A stretch of DNA of 64,000 nucleotides from Candidatus Kapaibacterium sp. (GCA_963664875.1 OY761611.1:576001-640000), one strand, 5' to 3'. Counted from the first letter of the stretch, positions 40,094 through 51,200 are shown. Notes: generated from the sequence alone by a model not told the origin. Numbers and translations: made by a program.

Positions 40094-43000
40094 ATGCAAA
40101 ATATATTTCACAACAAAGCATTTGACCTCAATAATATTTTTATCAATTTTAGAAATTATTTGAATGAATGGGTAAATGCCGAAAATAATGACAGAAGAAT
40201 TTTAGTTGTGCCGACTGCCAAGTATGCACGTCATCTTAGGCAATCCTATATCAGAAATTATTATAAGAAACATAATGCCCCTTGTTCGACTGTCAATATT
40301 ATCAATTTTGACAATTTTATCAAACTCCTCTACGAAAGAATTGATACTACTGCAGAAAAAATCATAATTTCTGAATCTTATAGATTTTTACTTTTTGAAA
40401 GAGCAATTAAGCAGTCAAACAGTAAATATTTTAAACAACATAATGGCAATGTCAAACTCTCAGTCGCTAAAAAGGTAGATTCTCTTATATCAGGTCTAAA
40501 AAAGAAGGGTATCAGTCCCGAACAAATACAAAAAGATTTAACTACCCCTGACCTTTCAGGGGGAGAAATCAATAATCTAAATAAATACAGAGATATTTAC
40601 GAAATTTACAACAACTACCAAAAACTACTTGGCGAAAACTTGTTAGATGAAGTTGATATCCTCAAATTTATTATCAATTCTGTTGAAACTTCGGATAGCT
40701 CACTTGATATTTTTGATCCTTTAGATTTTAAGATAAAATCTGACAACAGATTAGATAAATACCTTGGAGACATAGAAGAAATCGTATTCTATGGTTTTTC
40801 TGATTTCACAATACCTGAGCTTAGATTGCTCTCTTTATTTTCTCAATCAAATAACACTCAAATTGCCCTGTATTTAGAAAATATAGAAACAGAAAGCTAT
40901 GATGCCAATACAAATTTATCAACACGCTTATTACAACTTGGATTTATAAGGTATGCTCAGTCAGATCTTTTTGAAGAAGACCCTTTGAATAAACACCTAA
41001 AATCAAATCTATTTCAAAAGCACAAGTCTAAACATCTAGTTGACACAAGTGCAATCCCTTTTTATCTGCATCCAACAGAAAATTCAGAAAATGAGATTGA
41101 AGATGTTAGCAAGTTTGTCAGTTATCTTATTCGAGTTGAAAATATTAAGCCACAAGATATTGCTGTTGTCCATAGAGAAGCTGGCACTAATACAAAATAC
41201 TTCAGGGATAGTTTCGCACGTTACCGAATCCCTTTGAATATTACAGATAGACAAGATTTGCAAACATCAACCATTGTTACAACTCTAATCAATATATATG
41301 AAACAGTTTTGTACGGTTACAAACTAAAAAATCTCGAAAAAGTCTTTGCTTCGTACTATATGCAAAATTTGGATATAGATTTCTCTATCATCAGAAAATA
41401 TGCAAATAGACTAAAAATATCCGGTGGGAATGATAGAGGAAAAATTGAAGGTTGGTTCAAACGTTTTGAAAGTTACTTATCATTTTTGAATCAAAAGATT
41501 CAGGATGATACCTTTTTTGTTGATGATTTAGAAAAGATGAGTTATGCAAATGAAGTAGAAGAAATCAAGAAATCAATTGCTGCACTTTCTCAAATTCAAG
41601 ATTTATTTCCTAATCTTCCCAAAAAAATGACCATTGCAGATTTTGTAAATAAACTGCTTGAAACAACTGAATTGGTAAATTTTGAGAATAGAATACTCGA
41701 AGACAATAAAAAAATTCAGAGCTCGAAATTCGAAACTAAGCATCTAAAAGAGTCAATTCAGGACAGCATTGAGAAAGACGGAAAAGCGTATAACGCTCTG
41801 CTGATACTACTGAATGAATTATCATCTATAAATTATGACAATACTGAATTTTACGATACCCTTGAATTGCTTGATATGTTTAGAATTCTTTGTTCTGGTA
41901 CTAAGTATCAGATTAGAGAAAAGGAACAATATGGAGTAACATTGACTTCAATCGAACAAACAAGAGGGCTTCCATATAAGTATGTAATCATGTGCAGTGC
42001 CTGCGAAGGGAAATTTCCACTTGCATTCAAAACCAATAAACTGTTGGGCAAAGACTTGCCGGAATCATCTAAACAACATATACGAGAAGAAAGAAATTTG
42101 CTCTACTCATTACTTACAGGCAATCTATCAGATGGTTTTAGTAAAGGCAGGAAAGTTGTAATCTCCTATGCAGCGAAAGATGAAAATAATGAGTTTTCAA
42201 GAACTCATTTTATCGATGAATTGCTAAATGCAATACCTATTGATGATGAGACTTCTATATTGCTTACCAAGTATTATGATTTTGCTGACCACGTTCCTAA
42301 ATTTGGTAAAGATTCGAAATACCACTACGTTGCAAAAGAGGAAGTTTATATTGATTTCGAGAATGATTTAGATTACGCAAAAAGATTTAGTAAGCCTTTT
42401 GCACCTACTCAGTTCGAAAGATATACTGATTGTCCATTCAGATTTATGTTGACATCGGTACTAATGATTCCGGATAATCAAAGTGAAGATCTGATGCTCA
42501 CACCTTTGGAAAAAGGATCTTTGCTACATAAGATATTATATAAATTTTATGACAATCTGAAAACCCTTGGAATTGGAATAGAAAATGTAGCTCAGAAGAA
42601 AGACGGACAAATGCTTAAAGGTATAAGGTTATTAAGAGCAAAAGAAACATTTTATAGTGAGTTACTAAACACGATTGCGAACGAGGAAATCGAAAAATAT
42701 ACCTATGACCATCCCCTCTTTATGGTAGAACACGGAAAAATATTCGGCACAGGCGAAGGAGATGGAATGTTAGATTTGTGGCTTTCTAACGAGATAAAAC
42801 TCTACGAAACCTATCAAGACAGATTCTCTGTATTTTTCGAGTTACCTTTTGGGGAGCCAAACAATACTCCAGTCGCTCTTAACGAAAGCGTTTATATCAG
42901 AGGAAAGATTGATAGAATCGAAATTGATAAACATCACAATGGTTTTGTAGTTGCAGACTATAAAACTAAAGCTAAAAATCAGAATAATGACAGTATCGAA

Positions 43001-43384
43001 TCATTCACAAGGTTTCAAATGCCTTTGTATTCTTATGCAATATCCATCATTTTTGAAGGGCTATTGGATTCAAAACTTCAACACTTATTTGGTGTCTATT
43101 ATTCCCTCACACCGGAAGATCAATGGACAAAATACAATTTATACTCACAAGAGACATACAAAGCCTATTTCAACTCCAGAGCGAACCATCGAGAAACTAA
43201 GACGCAGGAAGAACTTATTGAAAGAATTGACGGCTATATTCACGAAGCAGTTAACATCGCTAATTTGATTAGGAAAGGCTGCTATCCTATTACACCAAAT
43301 ATTAAACATAGTTACTGTTCTAATTGCAGTTATAAACAGGTTTGCAGAATCTCAAAATTCAAATACATAGAGAAGGAAGATTAA
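40094..43384 (+). CDS. AddB/RexB-like inactive-helicase/PD-(D/E)XK nuclease with Fe-S staple
   Basis: LVVPT at the N-terminus; DCPFRF, GSLLHKIL, GKIDRIE, ADYKT, QMPLY, CSNCSYKQVCR. Confidence 0.8.
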   Translation: MQNIFHNKAFDLNNIFINFRNYLNEWVNAENNDRRILVVPTAKYARHLRQSYIRNYYKKHNAPCSTVNIINFDNFIKLLYERIDTTAEKIIISESYRFLLFERAIKQSNSKYFKQHNGNVKLSVAKKVDSLISGLKKKGISPEQIQKDLTTPDLSGGEINNLNKYRDIYEIYNNYQKLLGENLLDEVDILKFIINSVETSDSSLDIFDPLDFKIKSDNRLDKYLGDIEEIVFYGFSDFTIPELRLLSLFSQSNNTQIALYLENIETESYDANTNLSTRLLQLGFIRYAQSDLFEEDPLNKHLKSNLFQKHKSKHLVDTSAIPFYLHPTENSENEIEDVSKFVSYLIRVENIKPQDIAVVHREAGTNTKYFRDSFARYRIPLNITDRQDLQTSTIVTTLINIYETVLYGYKLKNLEKVFASYYMQNLDIDFSIIRKYANRLKISGGNDRGKIEGWFKRFESYLSFLNQKIQDDTFFVDDLEKMSYANEVEEIKKSIAALSQIQDLFPNLPKKMTIADFVNKLLETTELVNFENRILEDNKKIQSSKFETKHLKESIQDSIEKDGKAYNALLILLNELSSINYDNTEFYDTLELLDMFRILCSGTKYQIREKEQYGVTLTSIEQTRGLPYKYVIMCSACEGKFPLAFKTNKLLGKDLPESSKQHIREERNLLYSLLTGNLSDGFSKGRKVVISYAAKDENNEFSRTHFIDELLNAIPIDDETSILLTKYYDFADHVPKFGKDSKYHYVAKEEVYIDFENDLDYAKRFSKPFAPTQFERYTDCPFRFMLTSVLMIPDNQSEDLMLTPLEKGSLLHKILYKFYDNLKTLGIGIENVAQKKDGQMLKGIRLLRAKETFYSELLNTIANEEIEKYTYDHPLFMVEHGKIFGTGEGDGMLDLWLSNEIKLYETYQDRFSVFFELPFGEPNNTPVALNESVYIRGKIDRIEIDKHHNGFVVADYKTKAKNQNNDSIESFTRFQMPLYSYAISIIFEGLLDSKLQHLFGVYYSLTPEDQWTKYNLYSQETYKAYFNSRANHRETKTQEELIERIDGYIHEAVNIANLIRKGCYPITPNIKHSYCSNCSYKQVCRISKFKYIEKED

Positions 43385-43502
43385 ATTTATTCATATTAGC
43401 TACAACTAAACATAATTTACATTATGATTGTTTGCAAAAACTAATAGATTAATATTTATCATAATATTTTCTGTATATTATGTGTTGTTGTACTCTATCA
43501 TA

Positions 43503-43516
43503 TTGATATATATCAA
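43503..43516. promoter_or_regulatory. FNR/CRP-family binding site (perfect TTGAT-N4-ATCAA)
   Basis: TTGATATATATCAA upstream of the hydrogenase operon. Confidence 0.55.
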
Positions 43517-43544
43517 GATAGACACTCTATTAATATCTTTAATC

Positions 43545-43570
43545 ATGCTATTAATCAAATTTAATAGCAT
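43545..43570. promoter_or_regulatory. Perfect 10-bp inverted repeat, candidate operator
   Basis: ATGCTATTAA-tcaaat-TTAATAGCAT. Confidence 0.45.
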
Positions 43571-43588
43571 TTATGCACTGATTTGGAT

Positions 43589-43596
43589 TAGTTTTG
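43589..43596 (+). promoter_or_regulatory. -7 promoter element for the hydrogenase operon
   Basis: TAGTTTTG (TAnnTTTG) 75 nt upstream of the ATG at 43672. Confidence 0.5.
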
Positions 43597-43671
43597 TCGC
43601 ATAACACGCACACACATCAAAGTTATAAAAGAAAACAAATAAACATTTATTCTGGATTTCGGGAAGTTATT

Positions 43672-45858
43672 ATGGGAAACATACTTCAAACGTACGAGAA
43701 TCTAAAGAATAAGCTAGATCATGCATCAACAGATGTTGCTTCGCATGGCAAAATAGTTATTCAGGTAGGTTCCGCAACTTGTGAAAATGCAGCAGGAGCT
43801 CAAGTAGTTCGTTCTGAATTCGAAAAGCTTATCAAAGCAGCAAGCCGACAAGATATCATCATTAAACAAACCGGTTGTACCGGTAGATGCTCAGAAGAGC
43901 CTATTGTTGGTGTATTTATGCCAAATCAAATTGGTGTCAAATACGCACATGTTACTGTTGATAAAGTAGCTGAAATATTCCAGGAGCATATTTTAGGCAA
44001 AAAACCTGTCGCAAAACTTATGCTTGACAAAAAAACTGATGTGCTATACGACCACGTTGTTACTCTATGTGGTTCTTCTCATTGCAGAAATAAGTTTTAT
44101 GAAAGCTGGAACGCTACTTTTCAAAAGATTCTTTCTGAAAAAAATATTTCAGAAAGAGAAGTTAAAGTTATTTCCGGTGGTTGCATCGGTATGTGCCAAC
44201 ACGAAGACCATGACGAACATGGTGTGATGATGGTATATCCTGAAAATGTAATCTATCGCTTCCTAAACGAAGCTGAATTGGAAGACATTATTGAAACACA
44301 ATTTGTGAAAAAAGAAATTGCTACAAAACATATAGTCCATACAGACAAAATGGTAGAAGAATACTTCAAGTTTTATGGCGATGTTTCTTTCTTCAATAAA
44401 CAAACTAGAATAACTTTAAGAAATTGTGGTATAATCGATCCTGAATCTTTGGATGATTACGTTCACGCACAAGGTTTCGAAGCCTTAGCTAAAGTATTGG
44501 CTACCGGCAATCCTGAAGGTGTTATAAAAGAAGTAATCGACTCTGGTTTAAGAGGTCGCGGCGGTGGTGGTTTCCCTACCGGTTACAAATGGAATAACAC
44601 TCGCACTCTAAACCCAACTGATCCAATCAAGTATGTAATCTGTAATGCTGACGAAGGCGATCCGGGTGCATTCATGGACAGAAGTGCATTAGAAGGTGAT
44701 CCATTCAGCATTATCGAGGGTATGACTATTGGTGCTTATGCTATGGGAGCTTGCAAAGGTTACCTATACATACGTGCTGAGTATCCTCTTGCAATCGAAA
44801 GAATTGAAAATGCTATCAAAATTGCTCGCGAAAATAACTTACTTGGCAAAGATATCCTTGGCTCAGGTTATGATTTCGATTTGGAAATTCGCTTAGGAGC
44901 GGGAGCATTTGTATGTGGTGAAGAAACTGCTCTAATCCAGTCAATCGAAGGTAAACGCGGCCAACCAATAATGAGACCTCCTTACCCTTCAGAAAAAGGT
45001 CTTTGGGGACATCCGACTTCTATTAACAACGTAGAAACTTGGGCAAATATTCCGGCTCTAATGCTATACGGTGCAGATTGGTTCAAACGTATCGGTACAG
45101 AAGGCAGTAAAGGCACTAAAGTTTTTGCACTTGCCGGTAAAGTAAACAATACAGGTCTTGTTGAGGTACCAATGGGTACTACTCTTCGCGAGGTGATTTT
45201 CGACATAGGTGGCGGTGTACCAAATGGCAAACACTTGAAAGCTGTACAAACCGGTGGTCCTTCCGGCGGTTGTATCCCTTTCGATAAAATAGATACACCT
45301 GTAGATTACGAATCATTGAAGCAAATAGGTTCAATGATGGGTTCAGGTGGTATGATTGTACTTGACGAAACAGACTGTATGGTAAATACAGCTAAATTTT
45401 TCCTTGAATTTACAAAAGATGAGTCTTGCGGCAAATGTTTACCTTGCCGTGAAGGTACTTTAAGGATGCTTGAGATTCTTCAAAGAATCACAGATGGGCA
45501 TGGCGTAATCGAAGACCTTGATAAATTAGAAAGACTCGGAAACATGATTAAGAAAACTTCTCTTTGTGGTTTGGGTCAATCAGCTCCTAATCCGGTGCTT
45601 AGTGCGATTAAAAACTTCAGAGAAGAATTTGAAGCTCACATAGTGGACAAACGATGCCCAACTCAAACATGTCAAAAACTTATCAGCTATAATATTATTG
45701 CTGATAAATGTACAGGCTGTACTCTTTGTGCTCGTCGCTGTCCGGTTTCTTGTATCTCTGGTGCTAAGAAAATGCCACACACAATCATCCAAGAAGATTG
45801 TATCAAGTGCGGTGAATGTTTCAATTCTTGTAAATTCGATGCTATTGAAAAAATCTAA
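43672..45858 (+). CDS. hydB: [FeFe]-hydrogenase diaphorase (beta) subunit, NuoF/HydB-like, with two N-terminal thioredoxin-like domains
   Basis: GLRGRGGGGFPTG, NADEGDPGAFMDR, CGEETAL, GGPSGG, ESCGKCLPCREG, C-terminal 2x[4Fe-4S]; ATG at 43672 preferred over TTG at 43594. Confidence 0.9.
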   Translation: MGNILQTYENLKNKLDHASTDVASHGKIVIQVGSATCENAAGAQVVRSEFEKLIKAASRQDIIIKQTGCTGRCSEEPIVGVFMPNQIGVKYAHVTVDKVAEIFQEHILGKKPVAKLMLDKKTDVLYDHVVTLCGSSHCRNKFYESWNATFQKILSEKNISEREVKVISGGCIGMCQHEDHDEHGVMMVYPENVIYRFLNEAELEDIIETQFVKKEIATKHIVHTDKMVEEYFKFYGDVSFFNKQTRITLRNCGIIDPESLDDYVHAQGFEALAKVLATGNPEGVIKEVIDSGLRGRGGGGFPTGYKWNNTRTLNPTDPIKYVICNADEGDPGAFMDRSALEGDPFSIIEGMTIGAYAMGACKGYLYIRAEYPLAIERIENAIKIARENNLLGKDILGSGYDFDLEIRLGAGAFVCGEETALIQSIEGKRGQPIMRPPYPSEKGLWGHPTSINNVETWANIPALMLYGADWFKRIGTEGSKGTKVFALAGKVNNTGLVEVPMGTTLREVIFDIGGGVPNGKHLKAVQTGGPSGGCIPFDKIDTPVDYESLKQIGSMMGSGGMIVLDETDCMVNTAKFFLEFTKDESCGKCLPCREGTLRMLEILQRITDGHGVIEDLDKLERLGNMIKKTSLCGLGQSAPNPVLSAIKNFREEFEAHIVDKRCPTQTCQKLISYNIIADKCTGCTLCARRCPVSCISGAKKMPHTIIQEDCIKCGECFNSCKFDAIEKI

Positions 45859-45891
45859 CAATTTTCAGGCATAAAAGGAGAAATATTTAAA

Positions 45892-47661
45892 ATGTTAGAA
45901 ATGAAAAAAGTAAATGCTATAATAGATAATATCCCTGTTACTGTAAACGAGGGTACTACTATAATGGAAGCAGCTGACCAAATTGGTCATCATGTTCCGA
46001 GACTTTGCTACCACCCTCATATTTCTACTGAGGGTGCTTGTAGGATTTGCGTTGTTGAAGTTGAAGGTCGCCCAAGTTATATCCCTTCTTGTGCTACACC
46101 TTTAACTGAAGGCATGGTAATTAAAACCAACTCTCCTGAATTACATCAAATCAGAAGAGACTTGGTAGAACTTATGTTAAATAACCACCCAAGTTCTTGT
46201 TTGACTTGCGAAAGAGACGGTAACTGTGAGTTACAAAACCTTGCATACAAACTTGGTGTGAGAGACAGATTATTCGAAGGTAGCCGCAAACGTTACGAAA
46301 TAGATAAATCTTCTCCATCTGTGCTTCGCAATCCTGAAAAATGCGTTTTATGCCGTAGATGTATCAGAGTTTGTTCTGAAGTTCAGGGCGTGAACAACCT
46401 TAGCCAGCTTTATAGAGGTGTTGACACAGTAGTTGCACCTGCTTTTAATAACAATATGATTGATTCAATCTGTATCAATTGTGGCCAATGTATAAACGTT
46501 TGTCCGACAGGTGCATTTTTAGCTAAAGATGACACTGACAGAGTATGGGAAGCTCTCAACGATAAAACTAAACATGTTGTTGTTCAAACTGCACCTGCAA
46601 TCCGTGCTGCTATCGGCGAAGGCTTTGGAATGCAACAGGGCGTAGCTGCAACAGGTCAAACTGTAACCGCACTAAGAAGATTGGGATTTGATGCGATATT
46701 TGATACTAACTTTGCAGCTGATCTAACAATAATGGAAGAGGCTACGGAGTTTTTACACAGATTCCAAAACGGTGGAGCTTTACCTCTTATAACTTCTTGC
46801 TCTCCGGGTTGGGTTAAGTTTTTGGAACATTTCTACCCAGAATTTATTCCAAATACTTCTACTTGTCGCTCCCCTATGCAAATGTTGTCTTCGTTGACTA
46901 AGTCATTTTATGCTGAAAAAATGGGTATCAATCCTGAAGATATTTATGTAGTAGCTATAATGCCATGTACTGCTAAAAAGTTCGAAGCTATCAGACCTGA
47001 GCATGTAACAGAATCAGGCTTGCCATTGACTGACGCAGTATTGACTACACGCGAGCTTATTTGGATGATAAAAGCTTATGGTATCGATTTTGTAAATCTA
47101 CCGGAATCTGATTTTGACTCCCCTATGGGATACTCTACTGGTGCCGGCGACATTTTCGGTTCAACAGGCGGCGTTATGGAAGCAGCATTGCGTACAGCTT
47201 ATGAAACTATTACAGGCGAATCAAGCGACGATATAGAATATAAAGAAGTAAGAGCTGTTGAGGGCTTGAGAGAAGCTTCTTTAGACATAAACGGTATTAC
47301 AGTTAATGTAGCAGTTGCAAATGGTCTAAACAATGCAAAAACTATATTAGAAAAAGTAAAACGCGGCGAAAAAGAATATCATATTATCGAAATCATGGCT
47401 TGTCCTGGTGGATGTGTAGCAGGTGGTGGTCAGCCTTTGACTGATGCTGGCAAATACGTATATCCAATGGATCCAATGATGATTAGAAAACGCCAGGAAG
47501 CTCTTTACAACATCGATAAAAACAAAGAAATTCGTAAATCTCATGAAAATCCTTATGTTCAAGAGCTTTACAAAAATTATCTGGGTGAAATCGGTGGCGA
47601 AAAAGCTCACAAGTTATTACATACTCACTATCACGAAAGAACTCCAAGGGGGATCAAATAA
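45892..47661 (+). CDS. hydA: [FeFe]-hydrogenase catalytic subunit (group A)
   Basis: H-cluster motifs TSCSPGW, MPCTAKKFE, EIMACPGGCVAGGGQP; N-terminal [2Fe-2S], His-ligated [4Fe-4S] and 2x[4Fe-4S]. Confidence 0.96.
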   Translation: MLEMKKVNAIIDNIPVTVNEGTTIMEAADQIGHHVPRLCYHPHISTEGACRICVVEVEGRPSYIPSCATPLTEGMVIKTNSPELHQIRRDLVELMLNNHPSSCLTCERDGNCELQNLAYKLGVRDRLFEGSRKRYEIDKSSPSVLRNPEKCVLCRRCIRVCSEVQGVNNLSQLYRGVDTVVAPAFNNNMIDSICINCGQCINVCPTGAFLAKDDTDRVWEALNDKTKHVVVQTAPAIRAAIGEGFGMQQGVAATGQTVTALRRLGFDAIFDTNFAADLTIMEEATEFLHRFQNGGALPLITSCSPGWVKFLEHFYPEFIPNTSTCRSPMQMLSSLTKSFYAEKMGINPEDIYVVAIMPCTAKKFEAIRPEHVTESGLPLTDAVLTTRELIWMIKAYGIDFVNLPESDFDSPMGYSTGAGDIFGSTGGVMEAALRTAYETITGESSDDIEYKEVRAVEGLREASLDINGITVNVAVANGLNNAKTILEKVKRGEKEYHIIEIMACPGGCVAGGGQPLTDAGKYVYPMDPMMIRKRQEALYNIDKNKEIRKSHENPYVQELYKNYLGEIGGEKAHKLLHTHYHERTPRGIK

Positions 47662-48158
47662 TGGAAATCAGCAAAATGCCTATCACTTTAGATAAGGATA
47701 TTGTAGAATATATTGAAGAAGTAAAACAGTTAGAGCATCCTGAAAGTTATTTGATTTCTGTTTTACATAAAGTGCAAAGTAGATACGGCTATCTACAGCA
47801 AATACATATGGAAGAAGTTGCTCACTTATTACAAGTTCCAACAGCTACTGTAAGCGGTGTTGCTACATTTTATCATTTCTTCCGATTGAAACCTAAGGGC
47901 AAATACTCAATATCTATCTGCCTTGGTACAGCCTGCTTCGTTAAAGGTGCTAACCTCGTATTAGATGCTTTTAGAAACGAACTTGGTATCGAAATCGGTG
48001 AAACAACCAGCGATGGAATGTTCTCTATAGAAGGTACAAGATGTATTGGTGTTTGTGCATTAGCACCTGTAGTTACTATAAATGAAAAAGTTTATAGTCA
48101 GGTTACAGCAACTCAGGTAAACGAAATACTACATAAAATAAAAGCTGAAGACAAGTAA
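47661..48158 (+). CDS. hydC: [FeFe]-hydrogenase NuoE-like [2Fe-2S] (gamma) subunit
   Basis: VATFY, CLGTAC, CIGVCALAP; 1-nt overlap with hydA. Confidence 0.9.
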   Translation: MEISKMPITLDKDIVEYIEEVKQLEHPESYLISVLHKVQSRYGYLQQIHMEEVAHLLQVPTATVSGVATFYHFFRLKPKGKYSISICLGTACFVKGANLVLDAFRNELGIEIGETTSDGMFSIEGTRCIGVCALAPVVTINEKVYSQVTATQVNEILHKIKAEDK

Positions 48159-48179
48159 ATTCGCTTTTACTATTAACTT

Positions 48180-48220
48180 AAAGGCTGCCTATAATTTTAT
48201 AAGCAGCCTTTTTTGTTTTT
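48180..48220. terminator. Bidirectional terminator between hydC and the MCP
   Basis: AAAGGCTGCCTATAA-TT-TTATAAGCAGCCTTT plus T-run. Confidence 0.8.
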
Positions 48221-48241
48221 GTTTACAGTTTGCTAAATGAA

Positions 48242-51200
48242 CTAATCCCAGATATCATTATTGTCAGCAAGCATATTTCTTTCTCTGCTAACGTTAGAGT
48301 GCTGGAGTTTGTTTTTGTTAGAAGCACCACGTATTTTGAAGTTTGAAACAAGTTCTGTTAGATTTCGAGTCAGACCTGTTAAATCATCAGAAGACTGTGC
48401 AATGCTTTCGATGCTCTGAGCTGACTCATTTGTAGCGATAGAAATCGTATTGATGTTTTTAGATATTTCTTCGCTCGTTGCAGCCTGTTCTTCAGAAGAA
48501 GCTGCTATCGAGTTAATCATTTGAAGTACGTTTTTGGTACTATTTACAACTTCCTGCAATGCAACCCCTGCATTATCAGCTAAGCTAATACCTTCAGATA
48601 CTTCTTCATTACCTTTGTGCATTACATGAACTGCTTCAGAAGTCTCAGCCTGTATTCCTTTTATCATTGTTGAAATTTGCTTAGTTGCTTCTGTAGTTCT
48701 TTCTGCAAGTTTTCTTACTTCATCAGCCACCACAGCAAAGCCTCTACCCTGCTCACCGGCTCTTGCAGCTTCGATAGCAGCATTAAGGGCAAGCAAGTTA
48801 GTCTGGTCTGCAATTTCTTCGATTACGGAAATAATCTCACCAATTTGAGTAGATGACTGCCCCAATCTTTCTATATTTTTAGCAGACTGATTTACAACTT
48901 CTGCAATTTCTCTCATCTTGTTAATAGTATTTTCTACAACATGTCCACCTTCTTCTGCAATTTTGCCGTTATTATTCGCGTATTCGGCAGTAGTAGCAGC
49001 GTTAGTTGAGTTTTCAGTTATAGTTCTTGCCATTTCTTCCATAGCAGCAGCTACTTCGTCAACCTGACTGCTTTGTTCGTGTGACGCAGCAGAAATTGTA
49101 TCTGTTGTTTGTGAAATGGAGATGGCAGACTGTGCAACATTATTTGCAGCTTCACTTATTTCATAAACTAAGTTATTTAGAGCCTCAACTAAGCTGTTAA
49201 TAGAGGATTTCAGTTTAGCATGATCACCTTTGTAGTTCCCCTCCATGGAATGAGTAAAATCACCTTTGGACATCACTTCAAGAATTTGCATTGCTTCATT
49301 GATAGGCTTGATTATTGAATCTAAAATTAGATTAATACCTTCTGTAATATTTTTCCAAGTACCCGGATATTTTTCTGTATTTATTCTCGTCGATAGTTTT
49401 CCTTCAACTGCAGCATTTGCTGTAAGAGCAATGTCAGAAGTAACGTTATTCATAAACTCAGCAACTTTGTTAATATTTGAAGTAAGTTCTTTGAATCCAC
49501 CTTTGTAGTCCTTAGTATCAATTAGAGCTAAATCTTTGCCTGAAGCTATATTTGCAAAATAATCCATAGATAAATTAAGAGGTGAAACAAATGATTCTAC
49601 TACATCATTCAAACCTTTCATCACATTTTGATATTCACCTTCAAACTTATTTATATCTGCCCTAATGTCAAAATTACCTTCTGAAGATTCTTTGGCTACT
49701 TTTACAACTTCTGTAGTTAAGCTGATTATAGCTTGAATCATTTTTGTAGCTGCTGGGCTTAATTCGTCATAATCAGATTTCTTAGGCGTATCTTCCAGTA
49801 CTTTTAGAATTGCAAAATTACCTTCACTAATTTGTTTAAATCCAACAGTTATAGTACCAAATGCTTCTATAATTAAGGCTATTGCCTTGCTTAATCGCAT
49901 CCAGTCACCTTTGTAATCATCTCTCGGAAGATTCCTAAGGTCATAAACTGCCACTCTTTCTAATAAATCAACAAACTCGGCTATAGGGATAGATGCATTT
50001 TCCAACATAGAATTAGCACCTTTGATAATATCCTGCCACCCACCTTCAAATTGGGAATAGCTCGCTCTAATATCCAAATGACCTTCAGCAGCAGCATTTG
50101 CAAGAATATCTAATTCCTTCTGTACATTTAATAGATTGTTTCGGAATTTATTGACTCTTTGAGTTGCAATTATTCTCTGACCTTTTAAATCTTCCATTAC
50201 TAAAGCGAAATTTCCTTTACCGTACTCATCTATCACATCAAGTATTCTTAAAATGCCTGCAATATGATCTTTAACAGTATCATTCATTCCTTTTGCCATT
50301 GACCCAAATACACCCATGTATTTTTCTTCTTGCATAAAAACATCAATCTGACCATTAATATGTTGTGAGGACATATGTGTCATGTCTTTGATGAAGAAAT
50401 TGAGAGTGTCTATCATTGTATTTAAGTTATTCTTAAGCTCGTTAAAATCACCTTGGTAATCATCTTCAATTTTTGGAGGTATGTCTCCTTTTGAGATTCT
50501 GTCAACGTATTCTGCACTAACATTTAAAGGATGAATTACTGCATCAAGTGTCTTATTTAGACCTGCAATCATCTCTTTAAATGCACCTTCATATTGCTCT
50601 TCTTGAGCACGCCTGTCTAAGTTGCCAAGATTCATTTGGGTACTTAGTTCGTTGACCTCTTTGACTACATTTTCAATATTGTATTTGACCTGATTGACTA
50701 CATCATTTGCAAGAGCCTGTTTGCCCGGGAATTGTCTCATTAAGACAGAGAAATCACCGTTTGAGTATTTACTCACTACATTCAGTATTTCTTTGATTGC
50801 ATCAACATAAATTTCAACAGCTTCATTACTTCCCCTTGCCATTTTTGCAAAATCACCATTGAATTTGTTAGGATCTATTTTGCAATCTAAATCACCTTTT
50901 TTGTGTTCATCTATAAATACAGCAATGTCATTTATATATAAATTCAAGCTATCGATAAGCTGATTTATATTGTTTTTAATTTCATTGAAGTCGCCTTTGT
51001 ACTCATCCGCTATTTTTACAGGAATATCCCCTTTTGAAATTCTGTCAACGTACTCAGCTGTAACATTCAAAGGTTTGATGATTTCATTAAGAGTTCCGTT
51101 AAAGCCATCTATGATATCAGCAAATTTTCCGGAAAATTTATTAGAATTACCTCGGATATCTAATTTCCCGTTAGATGCAGCATTTGTAAGAACTCCTATT

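Noticed and set aside
42380-43384. Cas4-like nuclease suggesting a CRISPR or defence locus
   Set aside because: It is the C-terminal domain of an AddB-like protein; no cas genes or repeat-spacer array are visible in the window.
43594-43671. TTG-initiated extension of hydB
   Set aside because: Overlaps the predicted -7 element; ATG at 43672 is more plausible.
43672-48158. Annotation as complex I nuoF/nuoG/nuoE
   Set aside because: The middle gene has all three H-cluster motifs, so it is an [FeFe]-hydrogenase.
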